DNA of 64,000 bases from Roseitalea sp. (lineage in GTDB: Bacteria; Pseudomonadota; Alphaproteobacteria; Rhizobiales; Rhizobiaceae): assembly GCA_017642895.1 (NCBI GenBank), contig JAEPON010000012.1:37014-101013 (forward strand), given 5' to 3'. Of this stretch, positions 56,164 to 63,390 are shown one piece after another. A model generated the notes under the pieces. The model saw only the letters and a program-made list of their open reading frames with translations. It searched no databases and was not told the DNA's origin. Each line of letters begins with the position of its first letter. Position 1 is the stretch's first letter. The translations under genes and the position numbers were made by a program.

Positions 56164-56863
56164 AGCGTCGTTCAAATGGGGGCGTCGGCGTATTGCTTAC
56201 TCAATTGAGCGAACTGATCGATCCCGGCTGAAGATTACAGTAACCCCGTCTTGCGAGGTGCGCGTAGTAGCACCTTTGCAAGCGCATAAAGACGAAATTC
56301 GGGAGCGGGTGCAGCGTAAAGGGCATTGGATCGTCAAGCAAATCGAGGACTTTGAGCAATATCGCCCTAAGACGCCAACGAGGCAGTTTGTAAGCGGAGA
56401 GACACATCTTCTTAAGGGTGTTCAGTACCGGCTTAGGGTAGTAAGCCATGTAGCGTCGAATATTTTCATTGACCATGACCGGATCGTTATCGAGACGCCA
56501 AGGTCTGAAAGCCGGCGCCATAAGGCTGCACTGCTAAAACACCTTTACAACATTGAAGCTCACAGAGAGTTCCCGGCCCGGCTCAACGCCGTTATGCCAG
56601 CATTTGGCGTCGATGGCGTCGAACATCCGCGCTTAATCATTCGGCCAATGATCAAGCGCTGGGGGAGCTTCACACCGAAGCGGAACCTGGTCCTCAACTT
56701 GGACCTCATTCAGGCCCCAGTATACTGCATCGATTATGTGATAGCTCACGAGTTAGCGCACGCGGTTCAGCCCGATCATGGCCCGCGCTGGAGGCGGCTG
56801 ATGGACCGAGCTATGCCCGATTGGCGCGAGCGGAAGATCCATCTGGAACAAAGTCTGCTTTAG
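56147..56863 (+). CDS. YgjP/DUF45-type HExxH metal-dependent hydrolase (M48-like)
   Basis: 238 aa. HELAHAVQPDHGPRWRRLM is the zinc-binding HExxH plus the downstream conserved block. It overlaps the hsdR end by 17 nt. Confidence 0.8.
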   Translation: MAVSAEASFKWGRRRIAYSIERTDRSRLKITVTPSCEVRVVAPLQAHKDEIRERVQRKGHWIVKQIEDFEQYRPKTPTRQFVSGETHLLKGVQYRLRVVSHVASNIFIDHDRIVIETPRSESRRHKAALLKHLYNIEAHREFPARLNAVMPAFGVDGVEHPRLIIRPMIKRWGSFTPKRNLVLNLDLIQAPVYCIDYVIAHELAHAVQPDHGPRWRRLMDRAMPDWRERKIHLEQSLL

Positions 56864-56934
56864 CGGCTTCATCTTCACGCCTTCAGACAAAACACACTGC
56901 GACGTCCGTGAACTCATTGTGAGGAAATGTACGT

Positions 56935-58164
56935 TTACTCACGCGGCCATGCCCAACTGGGCTTCGCTTCATCTTCAGTATCAAACAGCATTCCCTTGGT
57001 CAGGCGCTCTTCAATGGCGGTTTGTGATAGGCATTCATCAAGCCGTTCCACGCACTCGTCGAGCCAGATCAGCATTGCCGCCAGTCTCGGCTGCCCCTGA
57101 TCCTTCGCCTCTGCAGATATCGCCGTTTTGAGGCGGACGAGGCGTTCGCGCTCCTGCATCTGCTGAACAAGCGTTCCCACGAACTTCTCGCGCCTCGCTT
57201 CGATCCGCTGCCTTCGTTCGGCCTCCGCTCGCTCTCGTGCGTGTTCCGCTTCGCGAGCAGCCCGTTCTTTGGCTTCCTTCTCCCGTTCGATCTTGCGCGA
57301 TGCGATAGCGACGACCCCAATTGCGATCTCACGCGCCATCGTTTCGAGATTCTGAATCTTGCCGTCCGAGAAGGATCGGCGAAGGGCAGAACCACCTCCC
57401 CAGACCTGTTCGAGTTCGATCTTCAACTTGCCGGTGGGCACATAATCCCACTCGGCGATTTCCGGCCGTTCAAAGTATGACAGCGCATCCCAGCTGCGAC
57501 CGAAACGCCGGCTCCGATCCTGTTCCCACTTTTCGAGCTTTTTCTTCTCTTCTTCGGTTGGCACGTGCTTTCGCCGATCGAGCTTCTCCGTAACCGAAAA
57601 CGCTACCGTCTGACCTAGGACACTGAGCGCGGCGCTGTTCTCTGTCCGGACGTATCGGCCGGACTGTTCGACCAAGGCGCGCTGGAGGTTGAGAAGCACA
57701 CGTTCGGCGTGGTCGATGGATGCGGGCGCGATGTCCACATGGATAAGACCGCACCCGCTCGAACTGACCAGGCGCCTGTCCCCGGGGTTGGCTTTGCGGA
57801 GCTTTTTCAGCGTCCGCTGTACGATTGGATCGGGTATTATGTCGGTCGGGTTATCCGCGTTATTCTCGATTCGCGCCTTTGCTTCTGAAATCGCGGCCGC
57901 GACGCCGGGGCTCGGCGGATCGTTGGTCGATCCGTATACAACGACCTGGTCGGATATGTCCTTCCTTAGCCGCGGCAGCGGCGTCACCTCGACCGGTTTG
58001 CCGTGCTCGATTTTCGCCCAATGGCCCCGCGGCGGCTTGGGGATGTCGTGCTTCGAGCAAATTTTGTGGACCGCGACGTCTGAGACGCCGAGGTCTCCGG
58101 CGATTTTCGTGATCGGCTTCGACCAGACCAGATCATAGAACTCACGGCGGGTGAATGTCTGCAT
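56935..58164 (-). CDS. Hypothetical protein with an HTH-like N-terminus and a charged coiled-coil C-terminus
   Basis: ATG 58164 follows GGAG (the ORF track begins at TTG 58173). N-terminal FYDLVWSKPITKIAGDLGVSDVAVHKICSKHDIPKPPRGHWAK, followed by a long E/R/K-rich coil. It starts 27 nt downstream of the ATPase stop. Confidence 0.6.
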   Translation of the reverse strand: MQTFTRREFYDLVWSKPITKIAGDLGVSDVAVHKICSKHDIPKPPRGHWAKIEHGKPVEVTPLPRLRKDISDQVVVYGSTNDPPSPGVAAAISEAKARIENNADNPTDIIPDPIVQRTLKKLRKANPGDRRLVSSSGCGLIHVDIAPASIDHAERVLLNLQRALVEQSGRYVRTENSAALSVLGQTVAFSVTEKLDRRKHVPTEEEKKKLEKWEQDRSRRFGRSWDALSYFERPEIAEWDYVPTGKLKIELEQVWGGGSALRRSFSDGKIQNLETMAREIAIGVVAIASRKIEREKEAKERAAREAEHARERAEAERRQRIEARREKFVGTLVQQMQERERLVRLKTAISAEAKDQGQPRLAAMLIWLDECVERLDECLSQTAIEERLTKGMLFDTEDEAKPSWAWPRE

Positions 58165-58191
58165 AGTCTCCAATCCTATTATCGGCCAGGA

Positions 58192-59412
58192 TCACCTCCA
58201 AAGACCTGAAATCGGCGCTGCCGCCAGCCCGTCACCGAATGGAACGACATCTTTGCCGTCATAGAGCACGACGCCGTAAGCGAAGCGATCGCCGCACGCC
58301 TCGGCGAGCGCGCGAAGGCCTCTGAGGTCCCCGGATTTGACGGTGGCGCTCGCCTTGACCTCGATCGCAGCGATTTTCCCATCGTCGCGCTCCAGGACGA
58401 TGTCCACCTCGCGCCCGTCCCGGTCCCGGAAATGATAAGGCGTGACGGTCAGGTCCGTTGCCGCCATGAGCTTCAGCACCTCGGAAAATACAAAGCTCTC
58501 AAGCAGCGCGCCGAATGCTCCTCGGTCGGCCTTTATCCTCTCGGCTGTCAGGCCGCGGGCGCTGGCCAGCAGACCGGAGTCGAGGAAATGCAGTTTTGGC
58601 GTCTTCACGATGCGCTTCAGCGCATTCGTGAACCAGGGCTGCAGGGTTGCGATTAGGAACACCTGCCCAAGCAGGCCGACATAGCGCTGCCCCGTCTTGT
58701 GACTGACGCCGATACCGGCGCCGAGCTGCGAATAGTTGACCAGTTGGCTGGAGTATTCGGCCAAAAGCCGCACGAATTTTGGAAGCTCGGTCAGCTTTTC
58801 CACGTCGGCGATGTCGCGAAGGTCGCGCGTGAGGATCGACGCGAGATAAGAGCGCGCCCAATCCTGCTGGCGCCGTTCGCTTGACCGGGCGATGGCTTCG
58901 GGAAAGCCGCCGCGCAGGACGATGTGCGCCAAATCATCGCCGACAATGGCGTCCGGCTGGGCTCGAAGCCTTCCCTCGTAAAGGCGCTCAAGAAAGCGCG
59001 GTGTACGGCCATCGATTTCGGCGCGTGCGAGCGGCAGCATGTGCAGCGTTTCCATCCGACCCGCGAGACTGTCGGCGATCTTGGGAAGGGTCAGAACATT
59101 CGCCGAGCCTGTGAGGAGAAACCGGCCTGGGCGATAATCTTCGTCGACAGACTTCTTGATGGCGAGCAGAAGATCGGGCGCGCGCTGGATCTCATCGATG
59201 ATAGCGCGGTCCAGCCCCCGGACGAAGCCGGCGGGATCGGACTGGGCCGCCTCTAAAACGGTCTGGTCGTCGAGCGTGATATAGTCCCGGCCTTCCTCCT
59301 GCATCTTTTTCACCAGGGTGGCCTTGCCCGCCCGGCGCGGTCCGACGATCAAAACCACCGGCGTATCGGACAGGGCTTCCTCCGCCCGGCTTTCTAAGAA
59401 CCGCTTAAACAT
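58192..59412 (-). CDS. AAA+ ATPase (AAA_14/DUF4143-type) with a C-terminal PD-(D/E)xK-like motif
   Basis: ATG 59412 follows GGAGAGGGG. Walker A GPRRAGKAT, Walker B AIIDEIQ, and a C-terminal GREVDIVLERDDGKIAAIEVKAS restriction-endonuclease-like D...ExK. Confidence 0.85.
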   Translation of the reverse strand: MFKRFLESRAEEALSDTPVVLIVGPRRAGKATLVKKMQEEGRDYITLDDQTVLEAAQSDPAGFVRGLDRAIIDEIQRAPDLLLAIKKSVDEDYRPGRFLLTGSANVLTLPKIADSLAGRMETLHMLPLARAEIDGRTPRFLERLYEGRLRAQPDAIVGDDLAHIVLRGGFPEAIARSSERRQQDWARSYLASILTRDLRDIADVEKLTELPKFVRLLAEYSSQLVNYSQLGAGIGVSHKTGQRYVGLLGQVFLIATLQPWFTNALKRIVKTPKLHFLDSGLLASARGLTAERIKADRGAFGALLESFVFSEVLKLMAATDLTVTPYHFRDRDGREVDIVLERDDGKIAAIEVKASATVKSGDLRGLRALAEACGDRFAYGVVLYDGKDVVPFGDGLAAAPISGLWR

Positions 59413-59432
59413 CCCCTCTCCGAGTCTCCGAC

Positions 59433-59489
59433 AATTTGGAACTATCGAGCCTGGCTGATTGGAAGTCAATAGATCGCTAATTGGAAGTA
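59433..59489. repeat. Three direct copies of an (A/T)TTGGAA(G/C)T motif upstream of the ATPase gene
   Basis: TTGGAA cores at 59436, 59459 and 59481, so the spacing is 23 and 22 bp (about two helical turns). They lie in the presumed promoter region of the minus-strand ATPase gene. Confidence 0.5.
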
Positions 59490-59641
59490 TGGGTAGCGCA
59501 ATCCGGGAAGACTGCTAGAGGTCGCCCTGTCGTGACCGAAGGCCTCTGCAACTCCGGTTCGCTGGCGAAGCGCCATACCGAAACAGATCAGTGGATAGGC
59601 CGCTGTATCACCGAACTCCAGAGCGGCAGGTGCCCAAACAT

Positions 59642-59902
59642 CTATTTATTCTTATCGCCGACTTTTGGTCCGAACATCTCCTCCAGAATATCCCCGAACC
59701 AGCGCTCGATGACGTCCACCTCTTCGGGCGTCACAGGCACCTTCTCCGGCCAGTCATCGACCACGCGCCAGTCGGACAGATCATCAGCTTTGGACGTGCG
59801 TCGCTTCCTCGGTTTTGGCTTCTCTACATAATCGTAGAGATCGATGGCGTCCCTACCTGTCGTGGCGCGTCGGCGGACAGTTTTGCGTTTGTTGTCTGTC
59901 AT
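59642..59902 (-). CDS. Small basic hypothetical protein
   Basis: 86 aa, ATG start, Lys/Arg-rich N-terminus and an acidic C-terminus (WPEKVPVTPEEVDVIERWFGDILEEMF). Divergent from the HTH gene. Confidence 0.45.
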   Translation of the reverse strand: MTDNKRKTVRRRATTGRDAIDLYDYVEKPKPRKRRTSKADDLSDWRVVDDWPEKVPVTPEEVDVIERWFGDILEEMFGPKVGDKNK

Positions 59903-60141
59903 GTCCCTCAGCCTGCGCTGGCAGACTGAACAGATAATGACGAATTATTAGGTCATCGTAGAATCGGCGGTGGAAACGGGCGTTTGGCGGTCAGAATCTT
60001 TTGCACGACACCCACAAGCCAGCTGCTGGGCGCGCCAGTGATCACTCTCGTGCATGCCCCTTCAGCAACGACATCTCCAACGCGAGTGCGATGAGCCTTG
60101 GCTGCGCGTCAATTCCGGCGCGCTATTCAAGGAGAAATGAA

Positions 60142-60411
60142 ATGAGCAAATCTCAAAACTTTCCGCCACGCTTTCTTTCTACGAACGAAGCCGCGCGGTT
60201 CCTGTGTCTTTCGCCGAGAACGCTGGAAAAACATCGCAGCCACGGGACAGGCCCGATGTATCGGAAGCTCGGCGGTCGCATCGTCTACTCGATCGATGAC
60301 CTCGAAAGCTGGGCCGACAAAGGGCTACGTTCTTCAACGTCCGATCACGGTGAAGACGTGATCCATCCGCCCAGCCCGAAACGTGCGAAACGCAAACCGG
60401 AAGAAAACTAA
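60142..60411 (+). CDS. Excisionase/MerR-type helix-turn-helix DNA-binding protein
   Basis: ATG 60142 follows AAGGAGA. LSTNEAARFLCLSPRTLEKHRSHGTGPMYRKLGGRIVYSIDDLESW matches the excisionase-family HTH pattern. Confidence 0.75.
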   Translation: MSKSQNFPPRFLSTNEAARFLCLSPRTLEKHRSHGTGPMYRKLGGRIVYSIDDLESWADKGLRSSTSDHGEDVIHPPSPKRAKRKPEEN

Positions 60412-60418
60412 AGGGATC

Positions 60419-60456
60419 GGCGATGCAGGGCGCATGCATGTAAGCCCCGCATCGCC
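60419..60456 (+). terminator. Hairpin just after the HTH gene
   Basis: GGCGATGC...GCATCGCC forms an 8-bp stem, extended by GGGC/GCCC inside. The U-run is weak (ATTTCC). Confidence 0.35.
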
Positions 60457-60874
60457 ATTTCCGATGTCAGCGTCGGCATGCTTTGATGGCGATGAGGACA
60501 GTGTCTTATCGTCGGTGCGACGCGTGAGGCCTCGTCAATGGAGACGCCCTGAGCAAGGAGAAAACATAAGGTTTGCGCAATCAAACTGCCTGTCGTAGCC
60601 CAGCCTGCCGTCGCGACCTGTAAAAGGCCACGTTCTCGCATTTTGACCTGCTTTAGAGTAGCGCAATAGAGAACGAATAGTTCGCAGAATCGACTCGCGT
60701 GGCCCGCCAATCTTGTTCGCCGGTCGCCGCAGGTTGCTCGAAGCCACCGCCTTTGTTGACCGGGCGTACTGCGATGACAGCGCACATGCAAAGCCCGCCC
60801 CGACGACAGCATGTGTCCATCCGCCGGTCGGGCAACTTCGATGTTGATGGGGATCGTGAACCCGACTATCGTGC

Positions 60875-61077
60875 CCATGATGGTTCCCGCGGACCGAGCG
60901 TAGCCGCGGGATGAAAAGGGAACACGGTGAGGAAGAGCCGCAAGGGCGCCAAATCCGTGACTGCCCCCGCAACTGTGAGCGGTGAGCGACCCCGATTGAT
61001 ACCACTGGTTGGCCGATGGCTGACCGGGAAGGTTCGGGGAAGCGGCGAACCGCAAGTCAGGAGACCTGCCATCATGG
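60875..61077 (+). promoter_or_regulatory. Cobalamin (B12) riboswitch
   Basis: P1 stem ccatgatgg/ccatcatgg. Conserved core AAAAGGGAACACGGTGAGGAA...GCTGCCCCCGCAACTGTGAGCGG...ACCACTGG...GGGAAGG. The B12 box AGTCAGGAGACCTGCC is present. Confidence 0.87.
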
Positions 61078-61178
61078 TTTCACTCGAACCGGACGGGGAT
61101 GTCCGGCCAGGAGGCTCGTGATGACACTATCCGGCACCAAATGCGCCGCATCAGGCTCTTTGCTCTTTCCCTGCCGAC

Positions 61179-61607
61179 ATGGAAAGGGCAATGGAGAGAT
61201 TGTCGAACCATCGCATCACGATTTGCGTTTCATGCCGCCACAAGACCGATGACGCTGATGGCGGGTGCCGGCCGGGCCGCCGCCTGATCGAGCGCCTGCG
61301 CGCGGCAATCGATCTCGCCGGCGACACGATCGGGGCTGATTTCGAGATCACCGGGACCGCATGCATGGCCGGGTGCGAACGGCCCTGCACGGTTGCCTAT
61401 TTCGGCTCCCGCAAGGCGACCTATCTGTTCGGCGACATCGATGCCGACGCCAACATCGACGATCTGGTTGCGTTCACCCGGCAATATGCATCGCTCGATG
61501 ATGGATGGTGCGCATCGACGAGCCGGCCGAAGGGGCTTTCCGGCAAAACGCTGGCGCGCGTGCCAGCCGCGATCCTGGCAACCGAACCGGGCGGGCGGCT
61601 GCAATGA
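61179..61607 (+). CDS. DUF1636-family metal-binding (thioredoxin-like) protein
   Basis: ITICVSCRHK...GCRPG...CMAGCERPCTVAY is the Cys pattern of DUF1636, a family commonly linked to cobalamin loci. Start is 61179 or 61191. Confidence 0.72.
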   Translation: MERAMERLSNHRITICVSCRHKTDDADGGCRPGRRLIERLRAAIDLAGDTIGADFEITGTACMAGCERPCTVAYFGSRKATYLFGDIDADANIDDLVAFTRQYASLDDGWCASTSRPKGLSGKTLARVPAAILATEPGGRLQ

Positions 61608-62437
61608 GCGACCAACCCGCCCCGCTTGAGCTTGTGGATGTCAGCTTCTGGCCCCGGGGCAAGGGCAAGGACAATGCGCTCGTCGCAAATGTCAGCTTTA
61701 AGGTCCGGCCGGGTGAGCGCGTTGCGATCGTCGGCCCGAACGGCGCGGGAAAGACGACGCTGATTCGCATGATCGCCGGTCTGGCCGCACCGGGCACCGG
61801 CGAGGTGTTGATTGACGGTATCCCGATCGCAAGGACGAGCTTTGCCGAGCGAGCCCGCAAGATTGCCTATGTCGGCCAGTCCGATGAGCCGGACGGGCGG
61901 CTGACCGTCATCGACTATGTCGCGCTCGGCTCCATACCCCAGGCCCGTCTTTTTGCCGGCGACAGCGGTCATGACCGGGCCGGACAGGCGCTGCGTGCCG
62001 CCAATCTGGCTGACCTTGCCCAAAGACGTCTCGACCAATTGTCCGGAGGTGAGCGGCAAAGGGCCAAGATCGCCCGCGCCATATGCCAGCGCCCGTCGCT
62101 GCTCGTTCTGGACGAACCGACCAACCATCTCGATCCGCAAGCGCGCGGCGAACAGCTTTCGCTGGTCTCGTCCCTGGGGATTCCGATCGTCGCCGCGCTG
62201 CACGACCTGACACTCATCGATGCTTTCGCCGACAAGGTCGCTGTTCTGGCCGATGGCCGGCTTCAGGCTTTCGGCCCACCCGACGAGACGCTTTCGACAG
62301 CCAGGGTGCGCAACGTCTTCGGCGTCGATCTGCATCGTCTCAGACACCCGGTAAACGACTATTGCCTGCCAACCCTGGACATTCAAATTCCGCGGCCGGC
62401 ATCGACGTCCCCCGCCCCCATCCCACAACCGAGGTAA
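61604..62437 (+). CDS. ABC transporter ATP-binding protein (BtuD/FecE-like)
   Basis: ATG 61604 overlaps the upstream stop. Walker A GPNGAGKTT, signature LSGGERQR and Walker B LLVLDEPTNHLD. Confidence 0.9.
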   Translation: MSDQPAPLELVDVSFWPRGKGKDNALVANVSFKVRPGERVAIVGPNGAGKTTLIRMIAGLAAPGTGEVLIDGIPIARTSFAERARKIAYVGQSDEPDGRLTVIDYVALGSIPQARLFAGDSGHDRAGQALRAANLADLAQRRLDQLSGGERQRAKIARAICQRPSLLVLDEPTNHLDPQARGEQLSLVSSLGIPIVAALHDLTLIDAFADKVAVLADGRLQAFGPPDETLSTARVRNVFGVDLHRLRHPVNDYCLPTLDIQIPRPASTSPAPIPQPR

Positions 62438-62442
62438 ACCCG

Positions 62443-63390
62443 ATGAAAAGACTGCTCACAGCCCTCGCGCTTTCGCTGGCCGCCGCCCCGGCCATGGCGT
62501 TTCCCGTCACCGTCGACAGTTGCGGAACGCCGGTGACCTTCGAGGCTCCGCCCGAGCGCATGGTCGTTCACGACATCAACATGGCCGACATGGCGTTCGC
62601 GCTTGGGCTTCAGGATCGCATGGTCGGCGTGACCGGCATCACCGGATGGTACAAGACGAGCGCGGAGTTCGATGAGCGCCGTGGCGACATACCCGAACTG
62701 GCGCCCAAATATCCGACGATGGAAAATCTTGTCGGCGCGTCGCCGGACCTGTTCTTTGCGGGCTGGTATTACGGGATGAAACCGGGCGGCGATGTCACGC
62801 CCGATACGTTGTCCGCCCAGGGCATCAAGACGATCATCTTGTCCGAAAGCTGCATCCATCTGGACAAGGATCGACCGGCAGCATCCATGGATCTGCTCTA
62901 CGCCGACACGCTGCGTCTTGGCGCAATCTTCGACAAGGAGGCGGAAGCGCAAGCGCTTGTCGATGGCTGGAAATCCAAGCTCGAAACGATCCGGCAATCA
63001 GTGCCTGAAGGCGAACCCACGCGCGTGTTCCTCTATGATTCCGGGAACGACCAGCCCTTCACGGCGGGCAAGTACGCCATCACAAACGCGATGATCGAGG
63101 CAGCCGGCGGTGTCAATGTGACCGGCGACATGGAGACCAGTTGGGGCCGCACATCATGGGAGGCCGTGGCGGCGGCAAACCCGCAATTCCTGATCTTGCT
63201 CGACTATCAGGGCGGCGATGGTGCGCAGGGACTGCTTTCCTTTCTCAAGGACCATCCCGTGATGTCGCTGACCGATGCGGTCAAGAATGAACGGTTCGTG
63301 CCGTTGCGCTACGAGGAACTGACGCCGGGACCGGCCAATATCGATGCGATCGAGAAGATCGCCAGGACCATGCATGCGGGTTCATCCTAG
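62443..63390 (+). CDS. Periplasmic substrate-binding protein (cluster A/type 8, BtuF/FecB-like)
   Basis: ATG 62443. Signal peptide MKRLLTALALSLAAAPAMA. Bilobed SBP-like sequence between the ATPase and permease genes. Confidence 0.85.
   Translation: MKRLLTALALSLAAAPAMAFPVTVDSCGTPVTFEAPPERMVVHDINMADMAFALGLQDRMVGVTGITGWYKTSAEFDERRGDIPELAPKYPTMENLVGASPDLFFAGWYYGMKPGGDVTPDTLSAQGIKTIILSESCIHLDKDRPAASMDLLYADTLRLGAIFDKEAEAQALVDGWKSKLETIRQSVPEGEPTRVFLYDSGNDQPFTAGKYAITNAMIEAAGGVNVTGDMETSWGRTSWEAVAAANPQFLILLDYQGGDGAQGLLSFLKDHPVMSLTDAVKNERFVPLRYEELTPGPANIDAIEKIARTMHAGSS

Larger units (their letters stand above)
47111..60874. mobile_element. Genomic (defence) island adjacent to the tRNA-Ser 3' end; no integrase or att repeat recognised
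   Basis: Begins at the tRNA 3' end and carries RM and other accessory genes plus an excisionase-like HTH. It lies between core genes and a B12-regulated transporter. The right boundary is approximate. Confidence 0.5.

Noticed and set aside
60412-60874. Searched for attR (a repeat of the tRNA-Ser 3' end) and for integrase remnants at the right edge of the island. The left spacer 47111-47464 was searched as well.
   Set aside because: Only trivial matches of 7 nt or less were seen by eye, and no integrase-like translation in any frame. The element is therefore reported as an island with undefined boundaries, not as a defined integrative element.
60408-61055. 215-aa minus-strand ORF (and the 156-aa ORF at 60535-61005) spanning the non-coding stretch and the riboswitch.
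   Set aside because: It overlaps a well-supported cobalamin riboswitch. It has no RBS and no recognisable domain, and its composition looks like non-coding translation.
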